Positions 37,654 to 49,191 of a DNA stretch of 64,000 bases are shown piece after piece (position 1 is the stretch's first letter; each line of letters starts with the position of its first letter). The DNA comes from Abditibacterium sp. (lineage in GTDB: Bacteria > Armatimonadota > Abditibacteriia > Abditibacteriales > Abditibacteriaceae): positions 480,001 to 544,000 of the forward strand of contig CBDASK010000003.1 of the NCBI GenBank assembly GCA_965199495.1. Reading direction: 5' to 3'. The notes below the pieces were generated by a model. The model had not been told where the DNA came from and made no database searches. It saw only the letters and a program-made list of their open reading frames with translations. Position numbers and translations under genes: made by a program.

Positions 37654-38181
37654 CTACCCGATGAGGTGAAACAGCAGTAGAAATATAGCCAGCACGCCAA
37701 GTGGCGCCATAAGCACCTCTTCGGCCAATGATCCAGTGGTAAAGCGAAGCCTCTTTGGTAGTAAATAGAACCGATCTGCCTTGGGGTAAAGTAAACGAAT
37801 GCCGCTCTTGGTGGCTGAATCGCCAAGCAAATGACTGGCGTAGCCCAGTAATAAAGCAACGACAGGTGCCCATCCCACCCAAATCATGAGTGGAGCAACA
37901 AACACAGCCATCATGCCTAATCCCCAAAGCGAGTGCAACAATCCACGATGCTGGTTAGTGCTATGGACAACTTGTGCAGGCAAGAGAAATGGCTTAAACG
38001 TAGTGCCAGGAAATTTCAGATGTTTAATTTTCGATTCCGAAGCATCGAGATCAGGCAGAAGAGCACCCAAAGCAGCACAAGCAGCCAAGGTGCCCATGTC
38101 ATATCCGAGAACTTCTGGCGGCAACAATGAGAGCAACCAGAGCGTATTGACTCCGAGCAATGCGTGTGTAGGCCACGTCAT
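37654..38181 (-). CDS. YdjM-family membrane metal-dependent hydrolase
   Basis: MTWPTH, GALLPDLD, HRGLLHS and GYASHLLGD...GI. Confidence 0.88.
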   Translation of the reverse strand: MTWPTHALLGVNTLWLLSLLPPEVLGYDMGTLAACAALGALLPDLDASESKIKHLKFPGTTFKPFLLPAQVVHSTNQHRGLLHSLWGLGMMAVFVAPLMIWVGWAPVVALLLGYASHLLGDSATKSGIRLLYPKADRFYLLPKRLRFTTGSLAEEVLMAPLGVLAIFLLLFHLIG

Positions 38182-39204
38182 ATCACTTCCTTTTCGTTTT
38201 TGAACGGAAATTCTGCTCCGTTTATAGGCCAAAGCTGAATGTTTTTAGTCATGGCGATGAGTTATTTCCAAGTGCTTTACTCTTAAGAACCTGCGACGCG
38301 AACGCTCGCGCTAAGAACTTGAGCTATCTCGCCAACCGCCAATTGAATGCGGTAAATTAATGGTTCGAAATTACGAGGGCGCGGCCAGAATAACCGAACA
38401 AAAACCGAATATTAGTCCAATTTGCTTAATGGGATAAGTCGCGCTCGTCCTGCGTAAGTCTTATTTCTAATCTGAATAGGCGTCAAAGCCCAGTAGTCTG
38501 TGAATGGTAATCGGGCAACTCTGCAGAGTTTTTACGAAAGATTTCAGGGTATCTTTAGTGCCATCTACAGAAGGCACATTAATGCTAATATAATACGTCC
38601 GACATGACAATTGATACGGTTAAAGTTGTAAAAACCGAATCCGTAATGGAGATTAGCCTTCATCTTCTAGTTAATGGTATATTTTAGTATTATTTTCCTA
38701 AGAAGCTGTTAGCACGCTCGACTATTTTGTTGGCTTTGCGCGTGTAGGGGCGCTTTTGGCGATGCTCAATTGCGCTATTATTACATAATTGTTGAAAATC
38801 CAGACTTTTTTGCTGCCGTAGATGCCCGTGGCTTGGAGACAAACGTGAACCTTGCTTATCTCTGGCGGGGTCATTTCTGCTGAATCTAACTCGCGATTTA
38901 CTGGTGAGTATTGGGAGTGTTATCAAACCTCTTGTGGCGTGCTTTGGTAGCGTTTTGCGTGGGCAAAACAATGAATCTCAAGATGTTTTCCTTCGCAAAG
39001 CTCAGCCCTTTCTCTCTCTGGTAAGGGATTAGGGAATTCCAAATCTATGATGTTTTCCCCAATGGCTTCGCCGTTGCGCTCATTCCCGTTGTAAGCAGTG
39101 GGGGCACTCTAAGCGGTTCTTGTAGAAACTTCCTCATATAGCCGGGATTTCTGTCGAAAAGGCGGATATTTTTACAGAACTTTCACTTATTTAAACTTTT
39201 TGGT

Positions 39205-39894
39205 GTGCATTCTACATCCGAAACGGTTGCCCACTCACACTTAACGCCCGCCCAAAGACGGTTGACTATTCGCCTGATTTAAGCGCGTGAGCGAGCCGGA
39301 CTTCCGCGCTCTGGAGTGGCGGAGCGCACGGACTTTTCGCCGCAGGAAATCGAAGACGTTGAGACCGGAAGGCGCTTGCTCTATATGTGGTGCCGCGCGG
39401 TAGACGCTCCGCTTGCCGAGTTCGTTCGAGAGTTCGATGTGACCCCAAGCGCCCAGGAAGCGCAAGAGATGGCCGATTCGCAAAACACCTCATCGGGTGT
39501 TCCTAATGCACTTTGCGCCCTGCCCGAACTGCTGATGGTTGAAAACGCGCGCCAATCCATTAAGCATACCATTGAGGTGCCCTTGGGCATAACAAAGGTG
39601 CGCGCCTTTGTCACCGGCGACCCGACAACGCTTGGATTATCGGTTGCCGCCAGCACGGGGGCAATTGCGCCCGGGGCCGATAAACACGGCGAATGCACGC
39701 TGCTCTACCCGACCGCCGGGTTTATAGTGGTGGCCAGAGCGTTCGAGGGCGCTCTGGTGGCTCAGTCGGCGTTGCAACTGCAACTGGAGCTTGTCCTTGA
39801 CCGCTTTACACCCCAGCTCTCGCACGAAGCGGTCGAGAAAATCATGAGCGCGCATCCTGGTGGAGCTGCGTGGATGGCGGATTGCAACGACTAA
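39205..39894 (+). pseudogene. XRE-HTH-containing gene interrupted by an in-frame TAA
   Basis: GTG at 39205 reads ...RLTIRLI*ARERAGLPRSGVAERTDFSPQEIEDVETGRR; the stop at 39280 falls in helix 1 of an XRE HTH. Confidence 0.5.
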
Positions 39895-40606
39895 GGGTGA
39901 CAAGATGAAGGCGTAGAGCAAAGCCATGTTTCATCAAATCACCTCATAGTTTTTGGTAGAGCCGTAGTGAACGTAAGTCTTTTGGACTTCACCGATCCAG
40001 AACAGTTCTTGCGCAGGCTTTCCCGTTTTTGACAACAAATTCAGTTCTTTGGCCAAGATATAAAATCTGGGGCCGGAAGCATTATCGATTTTGCTAACCA
40101 CCAAAGCGCTGGATAAGAAACCGAAGCGAGTCTGACTACAGGAGGAGATGTAATGCAAGTATTCGCCCATCAATGCCGTGAACTCTCGGCGTTGCTTCCC
40201 TGCTCTCGTGCAGCAAGGAGGCGAGCGGCCACAAACATTCAATCAGAATTGAACGATAAACGCCGGTTTTGCCGCCGCGCCCCTCTTCGGGCGGCGAAAG
40301 CGTAATCCCAGATGATCGAGATATTTTGGCATGAATGGCCCGATTTTTAATCAGATTGAGCGGCCCGTGACTCGCGGTCCAGATAAATACCGGCTAAAAC
40401 ACCAAGATTGTCGATAACATTGAGTTCCTGATACACGAAACCGATGCTCAGCGCAATGGAATCTTTCACATCGGCGATCTTTACCGGCGTTTAGTCCACC
40501 CAAATCTGGCCAAGCAAGAGTTGAAAGGTTTTATTGAATTTGAGATTAAAAGAGAAATTTCTGCCATTCGGGAGAGCGAGGCAGTTCAACGAGTCAGCAA
40601 ACATCT

Positions 40607-41710
40607 CTATGGGCGCGATTTCCAAGGGATGAGCTTGCCGCTTTTATCCAAAATTTTGCCCAGAACGGAAACGTTTTTCAGACCAATGTCCATTGTCGTC
40701 ATATCGCCCATCCATTGTAGCGTGCCCTGCGGGCCGATAATAAGCGAAGACTGGCCCTCGCCCCCAACAATTTCGCTCGCCCGCAGGATGCCACCGATGA
40801 CCGTCACTACTCCCTCGCCGCTCGCTCCGGCACCGATGATTAATTTTCGACATCCTACGGTGCCGCCCAGTATATTCAGTGTGCCCTTGCCGCCACGTCC
40901 GACAATCAAATCTTCCATGAACGTGGCTCGTCCACCACTTGTCGTCCAAGTTCCGGTCGCTTTTTCGCCGTCGCCGATGACGCTCGAATTATCGGCGTTT
41001 CCCACCGCGCGGCGCGCCGCGCCCGCAGCAAAGGTGCCGCCGCTCTGCATAACTTCGCCCGTCACTGCGCCATACTCGCGCCATTGCCCGACGATCATCG
41101 GGCCGGTTTCCAGAGTTCCGCTGTGCAATTCCAGGCTGGCTTGCGCGCCGTCGTTGTTGCCCACGATGAAGGCGCGGCGATTATTGTTGTGCTGCACCAG
41201 ACCGCCGTTGATTTGAAAGTCAGTGCCTTTGCCGGCCAGCGAAACCGTTTCGCTGTTGATGATAAACGACGCTTTATCGGCGACGCTCATCTTCATCGCG
41301 CCGCCATAGGAGCCGAAGTTGATACCGCCGTTGGCCACCAAAACGCCGTTGTCGCGCAACGCCAACTCGCCCTGAGAACCGGCTTGCTGTCCGCCCGAAA
41401 GCCAGTCCCACACCCACAACCGCGCGTCCCGCCCGATGACGACGCGCCCCGCGCCCACGCGGTCGCCCTCACCTGAACCGATGTCGAGATATTTGACCGA
41501 TTCGCCTTGTAAGCGATTGTCCACCAAAGATACTGTGCCGCCGCGCACGACTTTGGCGGCGTCCTCTTTGCCGGGCAACTTGTCACCCCAGTTAGCGGCA
41601 CTGTTCCAGTCACCCGCGCCGCCCGTCCAAAATCGGTCGGCGGCCCGCGCCGCTGAAATTGTCGCAGTTAAAGTCAGGGCTACGATGCCCGCGAAAATCG
41701 AATTTTTCAT
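40607..41710 (-). CDS. Secreted Gly-rich beta-helix-like protein
   Basis: Signal peptide, WTGGAGDWNSAANW, and repeated (I/V)GxxGxGxLxxxGG units. Confidence 0.7.
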   Translation of the reverse strand: MKNSIFAGIVALTLTATISAARAADRFWTGGAGDWNSAANWGDKLPGKEDAAKVVRGGTVSLVDNRLQGESVKYLDIGSGEGDRVGAGRVVIGRDARLWVWDWLSGGQQAGSQGELALRDNGVLVANGGINFGSYGGAMKMSVADKASFIINSETVSLAGKGTDFQINGGLVQHNNNRRAFIVGNNDGAQASLELHSGTLETGPMIVGQWREYGAVTGEVMQSGGTFAAGAARRAVGNADNSSVIGDGEKATGTWTTSGGRATFMEDLIVGRGGKGTLNILGGTVGCRKLIIGAGASGEGVVTVIGGILRASEIVGGEGQSSLIIGPQGTLQWMGDMTTMDIGLKNVSVLGKILDKSGKLIPWKSRP

Positions 41711-43182
41711 CCCCACTCCGCCCCGGCTTGCGCTTTCATTAACTGCGCTCGGTCACCCGTCGTGACCCACCACTGCACCTTTTCTGTGGGCTTGTTCCAC
41801 ACCAACGTTGCCACGCTGCGCGCTGGCAACGTGACGCGCGCAGTTTGGCCGCTCCATTGGAGCGCCAGTGGTTTGGGAGCGACGTTTTCGTTGAGCGCGA
41901 TCAACACGTTCGAGCCATCTGGGTTCTGAAAGGCGACGGTATTCTGGTCGTCCGAAGCGATGCGGCGAGCGCCCACGCGCAGCCATTTGGCGGCATGACC
42001 CAGCGCGTAAAACTCCGAGTTGCCCTCAATATCACCGCTTTGCGCGCTCACCGTCACCACGCCGCGACAGTTGGCGCAGCCGCCGTCGAGCTTGGGGCCG
42101 AAGCCTTCGTCTAAAGCCATATTCCACTTGGCCACGGTTTTAGCCCAATTGCGCGTGGCGCCGATCACCAGATTTTTGGTGCTCCATATCAAATTATCGT
42201 CGAAGTCAGGTGCCCACGCGCCGCTCGAACATTCGGTGAAATAGATGTTTTTGTCTGGAAAGACATCGTGGACTTTCGACTGCGCGCTTACATCGCCGCC
42301 GTAGCAGTGAAACGCCGAGCCGTCCACATACTTGCGAGCCTCGTCGTTTTTCAGGACGTTGATCGCGTAACCAGGAGCGTCCCAGTTGTGATCCCAGGCG
42401 ATGATGCGCGTTTTAATGCCGTCGCGCTCGAACGCTTTGCCGACTTCGATGGCGAGTTTGGCCTCCTGCCAGTCGGGAAGTCCCATCGTCGGATAGCTGG
42501 CGTTTTCGTTCCACGGCTCATTTTGCAAGGTGACAGCACCAATTGGCACGCCTTCCGCCGCGTAAGCTTTGGCGAAACGCGCGAAATACAAACCCGCCGC
42601 TTTATAAACGGCGTCTTCGTCCCGCAGAATGCCACCAAAAAGATGGCGTCCGCGCTTTTTGAGTTTGGGATTGTCGGTCTTGATCGGGTTCTTCATCCAC
42701 GCGGGCAGACTCCACGGCGAAGCCATGATAAAAATAGTGGGATTAATGGTCAGCGACTCTTTCAAAACCGGCAAAATCGTGGCGCGATCTTTATCAATCG
42801 AGAAGTGCTTCATCTCGAAATCCTCTTCGCCCGGCGGCACATCATCGTAGGTATAATCGGACAAACGGAAATCGCTCGAACCCATCGGCTGCCGCAGAAA
42901 ACTCAGGCCCATGCCGCTTTGCGGATCGAAGAGACGCTTGAGATTATCGCGCCGCTGCGAGGGAGTCATACGGCGCATGAATAGTTCGGCGCTCGAATCG
43001 GTGAATGACGCGCCGAACCCATCCATACGCTGAAATTTCTGGCTCGAATCCACGTTAATTATCCAGACCGCGTCCTGCGCGACGGCGCGCTGAGACAGGT
43101 AAAAACCCGCGCCTACCGCGCCACACATCGCCACACAAATGCCGATTGTGGCAATGGGCGCAGTTGCAAATTTGAATTTCAT
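41707..43182 (-). CDS. Glycoside hydrolase family 30
   Basis: GFGASFTDS, GSSDF, ASPWSLPAWMK, LQNEP, WDHNWD and YFTEC. Confidence 0.92.
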   Translation of the reverse strand: MKFKFATAPIATIGICVAMCGAVGAGFYLSQRAVAQDAVWIINVDSSQKFQRMDGFGASFTDSSAELFMRRMTPSQRRDNLKRLFDPQSGMGLSFLRQPMGSSDFRLSDYTYDDVPPGEEDFEMKHFSIDKDRATILPVLKESLTINPTIFIMASPWSLPAWMKNPIKTDNPKLKKRGRHLFGGILRDEDAVYKAAGLYFARFAKAYAAEGVPIGAVTLQNEPWNENASYPTMGLPDWQEAKLAIEVGKAFERDGIKTRIIAWDHNWDAPGYAINVLKNDEARKYVDGSAFHCYGGDVSAQSKVHDVFPDKNIYFTECSSGAWAPDFDDNLIWSTKNLVIGATRNWAKTVAKWNMALDEGFGPKLDGGCANCRGVVTVSAQSGDIEGNSEFYALGHAAKWLRVGARRIASDDQNTVAFQNPDGSNVLIALNENVAPKPLALQWSGQTARVTLPARSVATLVWNKPTEKVQWWVTTGDRAQLMKAQAGAEWG

Positions 43183-43219
43183 GTTGATTGAAAAGCCACC
43201 GTTTTTAATCTAAAATGCT

Positions 43220-44251
43220 TCAGTTCCTCTGCGGCGGCGCTTGCGCGGCTGCGAAAGCATCGAGCGCTGGGAGCGCGCGTCCGGCGCGGTCAAAAAGCGC
43301 GCGCCCTTCCCACGAGGAGGCGTGCCCGGCGATTGCGATCCATTCGGGCGCCCACCAAATCACGCCGCGCCCCAAATCATCAGGCAAGGCGCGCATGATG
43401 CGTATCACGGCTTCCAGATAGCGAAGTTGCCCGGCGGGCGAGGCTTCAAACTCCAGCGATTTGGCGTCGGCACCGTCCCACACGCCGCGTTGCGCCGAGG
43501 CGCCTACTTCAACCAGAACAATCGGTTTGCCGAAGGTTTCCGCCGTTCGCTTCATGTTGTCCTCGAACAGTTCGAGCACGCCGTGAAAAAAGGGATAATA
43601 ACTCTGGCCGATCAGATCGTAGGTTAGCCCGTGCGACTCGACCGCTTCGAAGAACCAACGAGTGGTTTTCCCGTCGGCGCCGCGATCGATGTGAATCATG
43701 ATTTGCGGCGAATACTCGCCCGCACCTTCGCAGACGCCGCGCGTGCCCGCTTCGATAAGCGCCGCCAAATTAGCAAAGTCGCCGTTCTGGTTCTGGGCGC
43801 CATCGGGCCACATCATGCCGTTGGTGATCTCGTTGCCGATCTGCACGATGTCGGGCATCGCGCCCTGGACGCACATCGCTTCGATGGTTTCGCGCGAATA
43901 GCGGCGCACGGTTTCGCATAACGTGGCGCCGTGCAAATTGTCCCACGCTCGCGGTTTAGGCTGATGGCCCGGATCGGCCCAGGTGTCAGAGTAGTGAATA
44001 TCGAGAATCAAAAGCATTCCCGCCGCTTTGATGCGCCGTCCCAACGTGATGGTTTGCGCCAGATCGGAAGTAAAAATATCTTCACCCGACGGATTGCACC
44101 ATAATCGTAGACGCATACAGTTGCAGCCGCGCGCGCCGAAAATCTCCAGCAGATCGCGCTTCTGGTCGCCATCGAAATAACGTTGGCCCAGGCGCTCCAT
44201 GCTCGCTAAAAGCGAGATGTCACCGCCAGTTAAAAAAGGGAGATGAGACAT
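43220..44251 (-). CDS. GH53 endo-beta-1,4-galactanase
   Basis: GGDIS, RLRLW, DIHYSDTWADPG, QIGNE, SYYP and WWAPEW. Confidence 0.92.
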   Translation of the reverse strand: MSHLPFLTGGDISLLASMERLGQRYFDGDQKRDLLEIFGARGCNCMRLRLWCNPSGEDIFTSDLAQTITLGRRIKAAGMLLILDIHYSDTWADPGHQPKPRAWDNLHGATLCETVRRYSRETIEAMCVQGAMPDIVQIGNEITNGMMWPDGAQNQNGDFANLAALIEAGTRGVCEGAGEYSPQIMIHIDRGADGKTTRWFFEAVESHGLTYDLIGQSYYPFFHGVLELFEDNMKRTAETFGKPIVLVEVGASAQRGVWDGADAKSLEFEASPAGQLRYLEAVIRIMRALPDDLGRGVIWWAPEWIAIAGHASSWEGRALFDRAGRALPALDAFAAAQAPPQRN

Positions 44252-44274
44252 AAAATATGAGGGAAGTCTCAATC

Positions 44275-46527
44275 CTATTTCGCGGCGGCGATGCCCACAT
44301 CAATGCCCTGTCCGCCCACCGTTTGGTGAACGTGAATCGCCCAGACATTTGCACCCGGCTTGAGCGCGGCGCGTGCCGCGTCGCTCATCGGCACAGCTCT
44401 ATAATCGCCGTCGTAATTCGGCACCGTCGCCGCCAAAACACCGTTGATGTAGATGTCGGCGTCCTCGTCGTGCTTGACCAGCAAATTCAATTTGGCGGGA
44501 ATCTCGTTGGGCAAAGTGAACTGGCGGCGCATCCAAATATCGCTGGTTTCCCACGGCGTGCGCACACCGTTCATGTTGTTACCAAAGGGCGCGTCGCCGG
44601 TTTTCCAAGCCGCATCGTTGAAATCGGTCCGGAACCAGTCGTCGGCGGGTTTATCGGTCGTGTAGTGCCACGAGAGCGGTTCGTCGTCTGATGTCGGCAC
44701 GAAATCGGGATTGGGATTAGGCGGCAACGGCAAAAATTCGCCTTTGTTGGCGGCAGCCATAATTTTGGGATCGAGCTTTGTTACCGAACGATCATAAGTC
44801 AAAGCACCGTTAATTTCCTGTTCGACATCGGTCAGTTGGGTATAAACAAAGGCGCTGGTGCCGCGATCGGCGTGCAATTTATAGGCGGTTTTCATCAGGT
44901 TTTGAAACCGTTTGGTCGCCAGCCAACTCGAACCCAGAGTCGAGCCGTAGCCCATCACGTTCGCCTCGTTTTTCCAGCGATGCCCTAAATCCGCCGTGAT
45001 ACCGCCGAATTCGCCGTTGACTGCCGCGCGCGTGGCTTCGGGTTCGTTCGACCATGGGCCGGGATAAGCGTGAGTGTCGTGAATATCGCCGACGTTTCTG
45101 TCCACCCAGCCGCTGGCGTTGTTGACCAAACGCGTCGAATCCCACTGCTTTGTCTCGGCGACCACGCGTTCGGTGTCGTGCTGGCCCCAACCTTCGTTGA
45201 ACGTCGTCCACACCACAATCGAAGGAGAGTTATAATGTTCGCGAATGATTTCTTTCCACTCGGTATCGAACTGAGTTTTGGCAGCGTCAGAAAGCGCGCC
45301 GTTTGGGCCACCGAACATCGAGGGCATATCCTGCCAGACCAACATTCCCAATTTGTCCGTCCAATAATACCAGCGATCCGGTTCGACTTTGGCGTGTTTG
45401 CGCAGCAGATTCCAACCCATATTTTTGGCAGCCACGATGTCATACTTCAGTGCATCATCGGTGGGAGCGGTGTAAATTCCGTCGGGCCAGTAGCCCTGAT
45501 CGAGCGCGCCGACCTGAAGATAAGGCTTGTTGTTCAACCCCAAAACTGTGCGGCCCTGCGCGTCTTTGACCATCGAAATTTTGCGCATCGCCGCGTAAGA
45601 ACTTACGCTGTCGGTGCCCATCTGCACCTTCACACCATATAAATGCGGCGTTTCGGGCGACCACAAAACCGAATTACTGATGGGAATCGTCAGTTCGGTA
45701 TTGGCGGTGCCTTTCTTAGTAGCGACGACTTTTGCGCCGTCGGAAACCGTGACTGTAACCGGCGCGTTAAGCGGCGCGGCGCCTTCCGAAATCACAGTGA
45801 CTCGCAGGCTGGACGCATCCACATCGGGCGCGATTTTCAGGCTTTCGATGCGCGCGGCGGGCACCGGTTCAAGCCACACGCTCTGCCAGATGCCAGTCGC
45901 GGCGGTGTAGAAGATGCCGCCTGGATGCAGACGCTGTTTGCCCAACGGCTGCGCATCAGCCACGTCGGCTTTGACCGGATTCACCACGCCGACGATTAAT
46001 TCGTTTTGTCCGGGCTTGAGTTGCGGTGTGATGTCGAACGAAAACGCGTCGTAGCCGCCGGTGTGTGCGCCAATGGATTGACCGTTGAGCATGACGCTCG
46101 CGTCGTAGTTGACGGCGCCGAAGTGCAGCAAAACGCGTTGGCCCTTCCATGCGGCGGGGACGGTAAAGCTGCGTTTATACCACAATTTCTGCGTGGGAAT
46201 CGAAGGTTTGCCCACGCCCGAAAGAGCTGATTCGTAGACAAACGGCACCAGAATCTGATCGCTCATGGCGGCGGGCGCGCTCGCCGTGGCTGCATCGGTC
46301 AATCCGTAACTCCACAAACCGTTGAGGCTTTGCCAGTTGGCGCGCGTCATTTGCGGGCGCGGATATTCGGGCAGCGCGTTTTGGGGCGAAACCTGTTTGG
46401 CCCACTGCGTTGAAAGCGAAACTGGAGCCATTTTCCACGGCGTTTGAGCATGGGCACCAAGGGCAAGAAAGCCGACGCAAAGCGGAACGGCGAGAAATGA
46501 GGTTCGAGTTGAATGCATGATTTTCAT
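44275..46527 (-). CDS. Glycoside hydrolase family 2, secreted
   Basis: EYPRPQ, LNGLW, LHFGAV, LDQGYWPDG, RKHAKVE, FNEGWGQ, GEFGG and YTQLTDVEQEING. Confidence 0.9.
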   Translation of the reverse strand: MKIMHSTRTSFLAVPLCVGFLALGAHAQTPWKMAPVSLSTQWAKQVSPQNALPEYPRPQMTRANWQSLNGLWSYGLTDAATASAPAAMSDQILVPFVYESALSGVGKPSIPTQKLWYKRSFTVPAAWKGQRVLLHFGAVNYDASVMLNGQSIGAHTGGYDAFSFDITPQLKPGQNELIVGVVNPVKADVADAQPLGKQRLHPGGIFYTAATGIWQSVWLEPVPAARIESLKIAPDVDASSLRVTVISEGAAPLNAPVTVTVSDGAKVVATKKGTANTELTIPISNSVLWSPETPHLYGVKVQMGTDSVSSYAAMRKISMVKDAQGRTVLGLNNKPYLQVGALDQGYWPDGIYTAPTDDALKYDIVAAKNMGWNLLRKHAKVEPDRWYYWTDKLGMLVWQDMPSMFGGPNGALSDAAKTQFDTEWKEIIREHYNSPSIVVWTTFNEGWGQHDTERVVAETKQWDSTRLVNNASGWVDRNVGDIHDTHAYPGPWSNEPEATRAAVNGEFGGITADLGHRWKNEANVMGYGSTLGSSWLATKRFQNLMKTAYKLHADRGTSAFVYTQLTDVEQEINGALTYDRSVTKLDPKIMAAANKGEFLPLPPNPNPDFVPTSDDEPLSWHYTTDKPADDWFRTDFNDAAWKTGDAPFGNNMNGVRTPWETSDIWMRRQFTLPNEIPAKLNLLVKHDEDADIYINGVLAATVPNYDGDYRAVPMSDAARAALKPGANVWAIHVHQTVGGQGIDVGIAAAK

Positions 46528-46650
46528 TGGATGTAAAGTGGATTCGGACAAATTTTAGCGGACAAATGGTTTGCTGCGTTAGTGTGTGGACCAAATTGGT
46601 AAGTCAACTGAAGAGTTTGACTGACCAAAAGAACTAAGTTTAACGTAAAA

Positions 46651-46878
46651 CTAAGGGTGCATCATATAGCTGACTTTCTCTTCCAACGTCATCTGTGCGA
46701 GTAGTTCCCACGCCGTGGCCGTCTCGCGGACGTAAACGGCTTGGCCGGGATTGACCGGCGCGGCAAGAGCGCCGTTTGCCGTTAAAGTCGCCGCCCTCAG
46801 TAACAGGGTCAAGCCGCCAGCGCGAACGGCGGTTGCCGTTGGTGTTTTCCAGATCGAGCGTCGAACAATAGATTTCAT
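46651..46878 (-). pseudogene. N-terminal fragment of a GH3-like glycosidase
   Basis: Signal-like start then LLAQMTLEEKVSYM (typical GH3 N-terminus), followed by an immediate stop. Confidence 0.55.
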
Positions 46879-46978
46879 GGGAAATATGAGTGAGATTTCG
46901 TGTCGTGTTTGATTCCGGTCTTTTCGGGATGATTGGGTCAGTTCCATAAATTTCGCGCGTTAAAGTTAGAACGCCGCA

Positions 46979-48373
46979 TTATTGCTTCGCGTAGGAACCC
47001 CAGGTTTGTAGCCACGGCACCGGCTTAAGTTGCGCCCACGTATGAGTTTTCTCCTCGAAAACCGTGCGCCGAAAAAGTGACCCCTGCGAGCCATACCAGT
47101 TGTTGCTGCCGTAAGTCGGCTCCCACCACAGCGTACCCATCATCCAATCGTAGGGCGACATTGCCGCGAAGAATGGCGGCACAATCGCGCCGTTTTTGGC
47201 CGCGGACTCAACCACCAACGCCTGCTTTTTCGGTTGGCCTTTAAACGGCCCACTTTCGTAGCGTCCGAATCTGGGAATGCGCTCGTTGAAGTAAGTCAGA
47301 TCGTCTGTGAATTGCTTCAAGGACGCATCAATGGACGCGGGTGAATCGTCCTTGAATTCGGGCGGATAATAAGAAAAGCCCAGAATATCAACTAAATCAG
47401 ACAGTTTCACATCGCGAACGGCGACGGGCACGGCGGTGTTGAGACCCAACGTATGCCCTTTGTCGTCGTAATTCATGCGGTCGGCGTCGGGTTTATTTTC
47501 AAAGGTGCGTTCCCACGCCGAGCGATTGCGAAAGGGATTGGTCGTGCTGTGAAATGCAAAGCGCGTTTTGGCCGGATCGAAACCCACCTTTTTGATTTCG
47601 TCGCGGGCACTCAAGATTTCGCGCTTGAAGTAACCCGCATATTTGGGAAAGTTCTGGTAATGCCCGCCCGCTGTGTCGTCGTTGGGATTGGTTTTGGTAT
47701 CGCGGATGTGCATCTTACCATCGTCGCCCAGATATTGAAACAACATTCCGCTGTCGGCCTCGTTCTCCACGATAATCACATCCGGCTGCACGCCCGCCTC
47801 AAGATAAGACCGCAGCATTGCGCGTGTCGCGCCATCAATTTTATCGAGCGTTTGCACGTAATTCAAGCCCAACCAACTTTTGGGAATGTATTCGTGCCAG
47901 TTATCAACCGACCCGTCCTGCCCGAACTGCAATGTCAGCAGAATTTTAGCGCCGTCAACGTGAACTCGTTTGGCCAGCGCAAGCCGCGAAGAAGGCCTAT
48001 CGAAGTCCAGAGCGAAATTCTCTTCGCGTCCGTTCAAGTCGCGCCCATCCTTGGCGATGTTATCAGCGATTAAAGGCGCGCCGCTTTCGGGCGTTTCGTG
48101 ATAGCTGGAAAACAGGCGCCACGCGTTGAAACCATTGCGTTGCATCAGCACAATGGGATCGGTTGGTTGCCCCGCGAAATCGAGGTAAACGCGCCCCGGA
48201 ATCGCTTCCAAACGCGGAGCTGTGCTGATACACGCGCCCACATAATCAAACTTACGCGTCGGAGCATCGGGAACGGCAGCGTTTTGCGCGAAGCACGCAC
48301 CAACACTCATCAGCCACGCTGCGGTCGAGACCAAAACCAAAGAGCGAAAATTTGATTTTTGACGGGAGAACAT
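46979..48373 (-). CDS. Divergent GH53-like (clan GH-A) hydrolase
   Basis: GFNAWRLF, IVENE, ILGFSYYP, VVES and WWEP; lacks HYSDxWADP. Confidence 0.6.
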   Translation of the reverse strand: MFSRQKSNFRSLVLVSTAAWLMSVGACFAQNAAVPDAPTRKFDYVGACISTAPRLEAIPGRVYLDFAGQPTDPIVLMQRNGFNAWRLFSSYHETPESGAPLIADNIAKDGRDLNGREENFALDFDRPSSRLALAKRVHVDGAKILLTLQFGQDGSVDNWHEYIPKSWLGLNYVQTLDKIDGATRAMLRSYLEAGVQPDVIIVENEADSGMLFQYLGDDGKMHIRDTKTNPNDDTAGGHYQNFPKYAGYFKREILSARDEIKKVGFDPAKTRFAFHSTTNPFRNRSAWERTFENKPDADRMNYDDKGHTLGLNTAVPVAVRDVKLSDLVDILGFSYYPPEFKDDSPASIDASLKQFTDDLTYFNERIPRFGRYESGPFKGQPKKQALVVESAAKNGAIVPPFFAAMSPYDWMMGTLWWEPTYGSNNWYGSQGSLFRRTVFEEKTHTWAQLKPVPWLQTWGSYAKQ

Positions 48374-48402
48374 GCGATTTTTCCAGTGGCGGCGATACAA
48401 CT

Positions 48403-49191
48403 TTACTGATACTTCGCTTCCAACTGCGCCAGGCCATCAATCAATCCGGTGCTTGGAACGTCACAATTTATATTGTTAAGTCCGTAAGTGCTGGAGCTTG
48501 AACCACACGGATCGGAGCCTTGGAGATTGCGTCCCCACATATTCATCGGAATGGTGGCGCTGACTGTGCGCGAGGGACGAAGCGCTTTGACATGTCCATC
48601 ACAAAATAAGAGGTTCATGGTTCCCAGATGAAGATCGGAGAGGGAATCTTTGATCGAGGGCGCATCCCAGTTAGTGGCCATCGCCGATCTTTGGGCCGGA
48701 TAATTACCATTGTTAATCTCACACACCCAAACTTTTTCCGATGGTTTTTGTATCACGGCGATAGATTTGGGCGCGTTGCCATAGTCATAGCTCGTGTCGG
48801 AAACACTGGCGACTTGCAGATAAGAGACGGGAATCTGCGGCTCTGGTGCTGAAGCACCCGCTTGAGTGTTTTTATTGTTGGAGTTGGAAGGACACGCAAA
48901 CACCTGAGTGCTTTTGGTGTAGGGTTGAATTTTCTGGCCGAAAGAGAGATCGCTGTTACTGTTGCTCACGGCTGGATATTGCTCGTCGTAGTCTTGCACG
49001 TATTGCAAAGCCCCCAAACCAATCTGTTTGAGATTGGACTGACACGAAGCGCGACGAGCGTTTTCGCGGGCGCGGGCGAAGACGGGAAACAGAATCGCCG
49101 CAAGAATGGCGATGATGGCAATCACAACGAGAAGTTCGATCAACGTGAATGCAGCCCTTTCAGTATGGAATGTTTTTTCGTGAAATGACAT
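48403..49191 (-). CDS. DUF1559 prepilin-type N-terminal cleavage/methylation protein with H-X9-DG motif
   Basis: [43 protein letters not shown] and [15 protein letters not shown]. Confidence 0.92.
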   Translation of the reverse strand: MSFHEKTFHTERAAFTLIELLVVIAIIAILAAILFPVFARARENARRASCQSNLKQIGLGALQYVQDYDEQYPAVSNSNSDLSFGQKIQPYTKSTQVFACPSNSNNKNTQAGASAPEPQIPVSYLQVASVSDTSYDYGNAPKSIAVIQKPSEKVWVCEINNGNYPAQRSAMATNWDAPSIKDSLSDLHLGTMNLLFCDGHVKALRPSRTVSATIPMNMWGRNLQGSDPCGSSSSTYGLNNINCDVPSTGLIDGLAQLEAKYQ

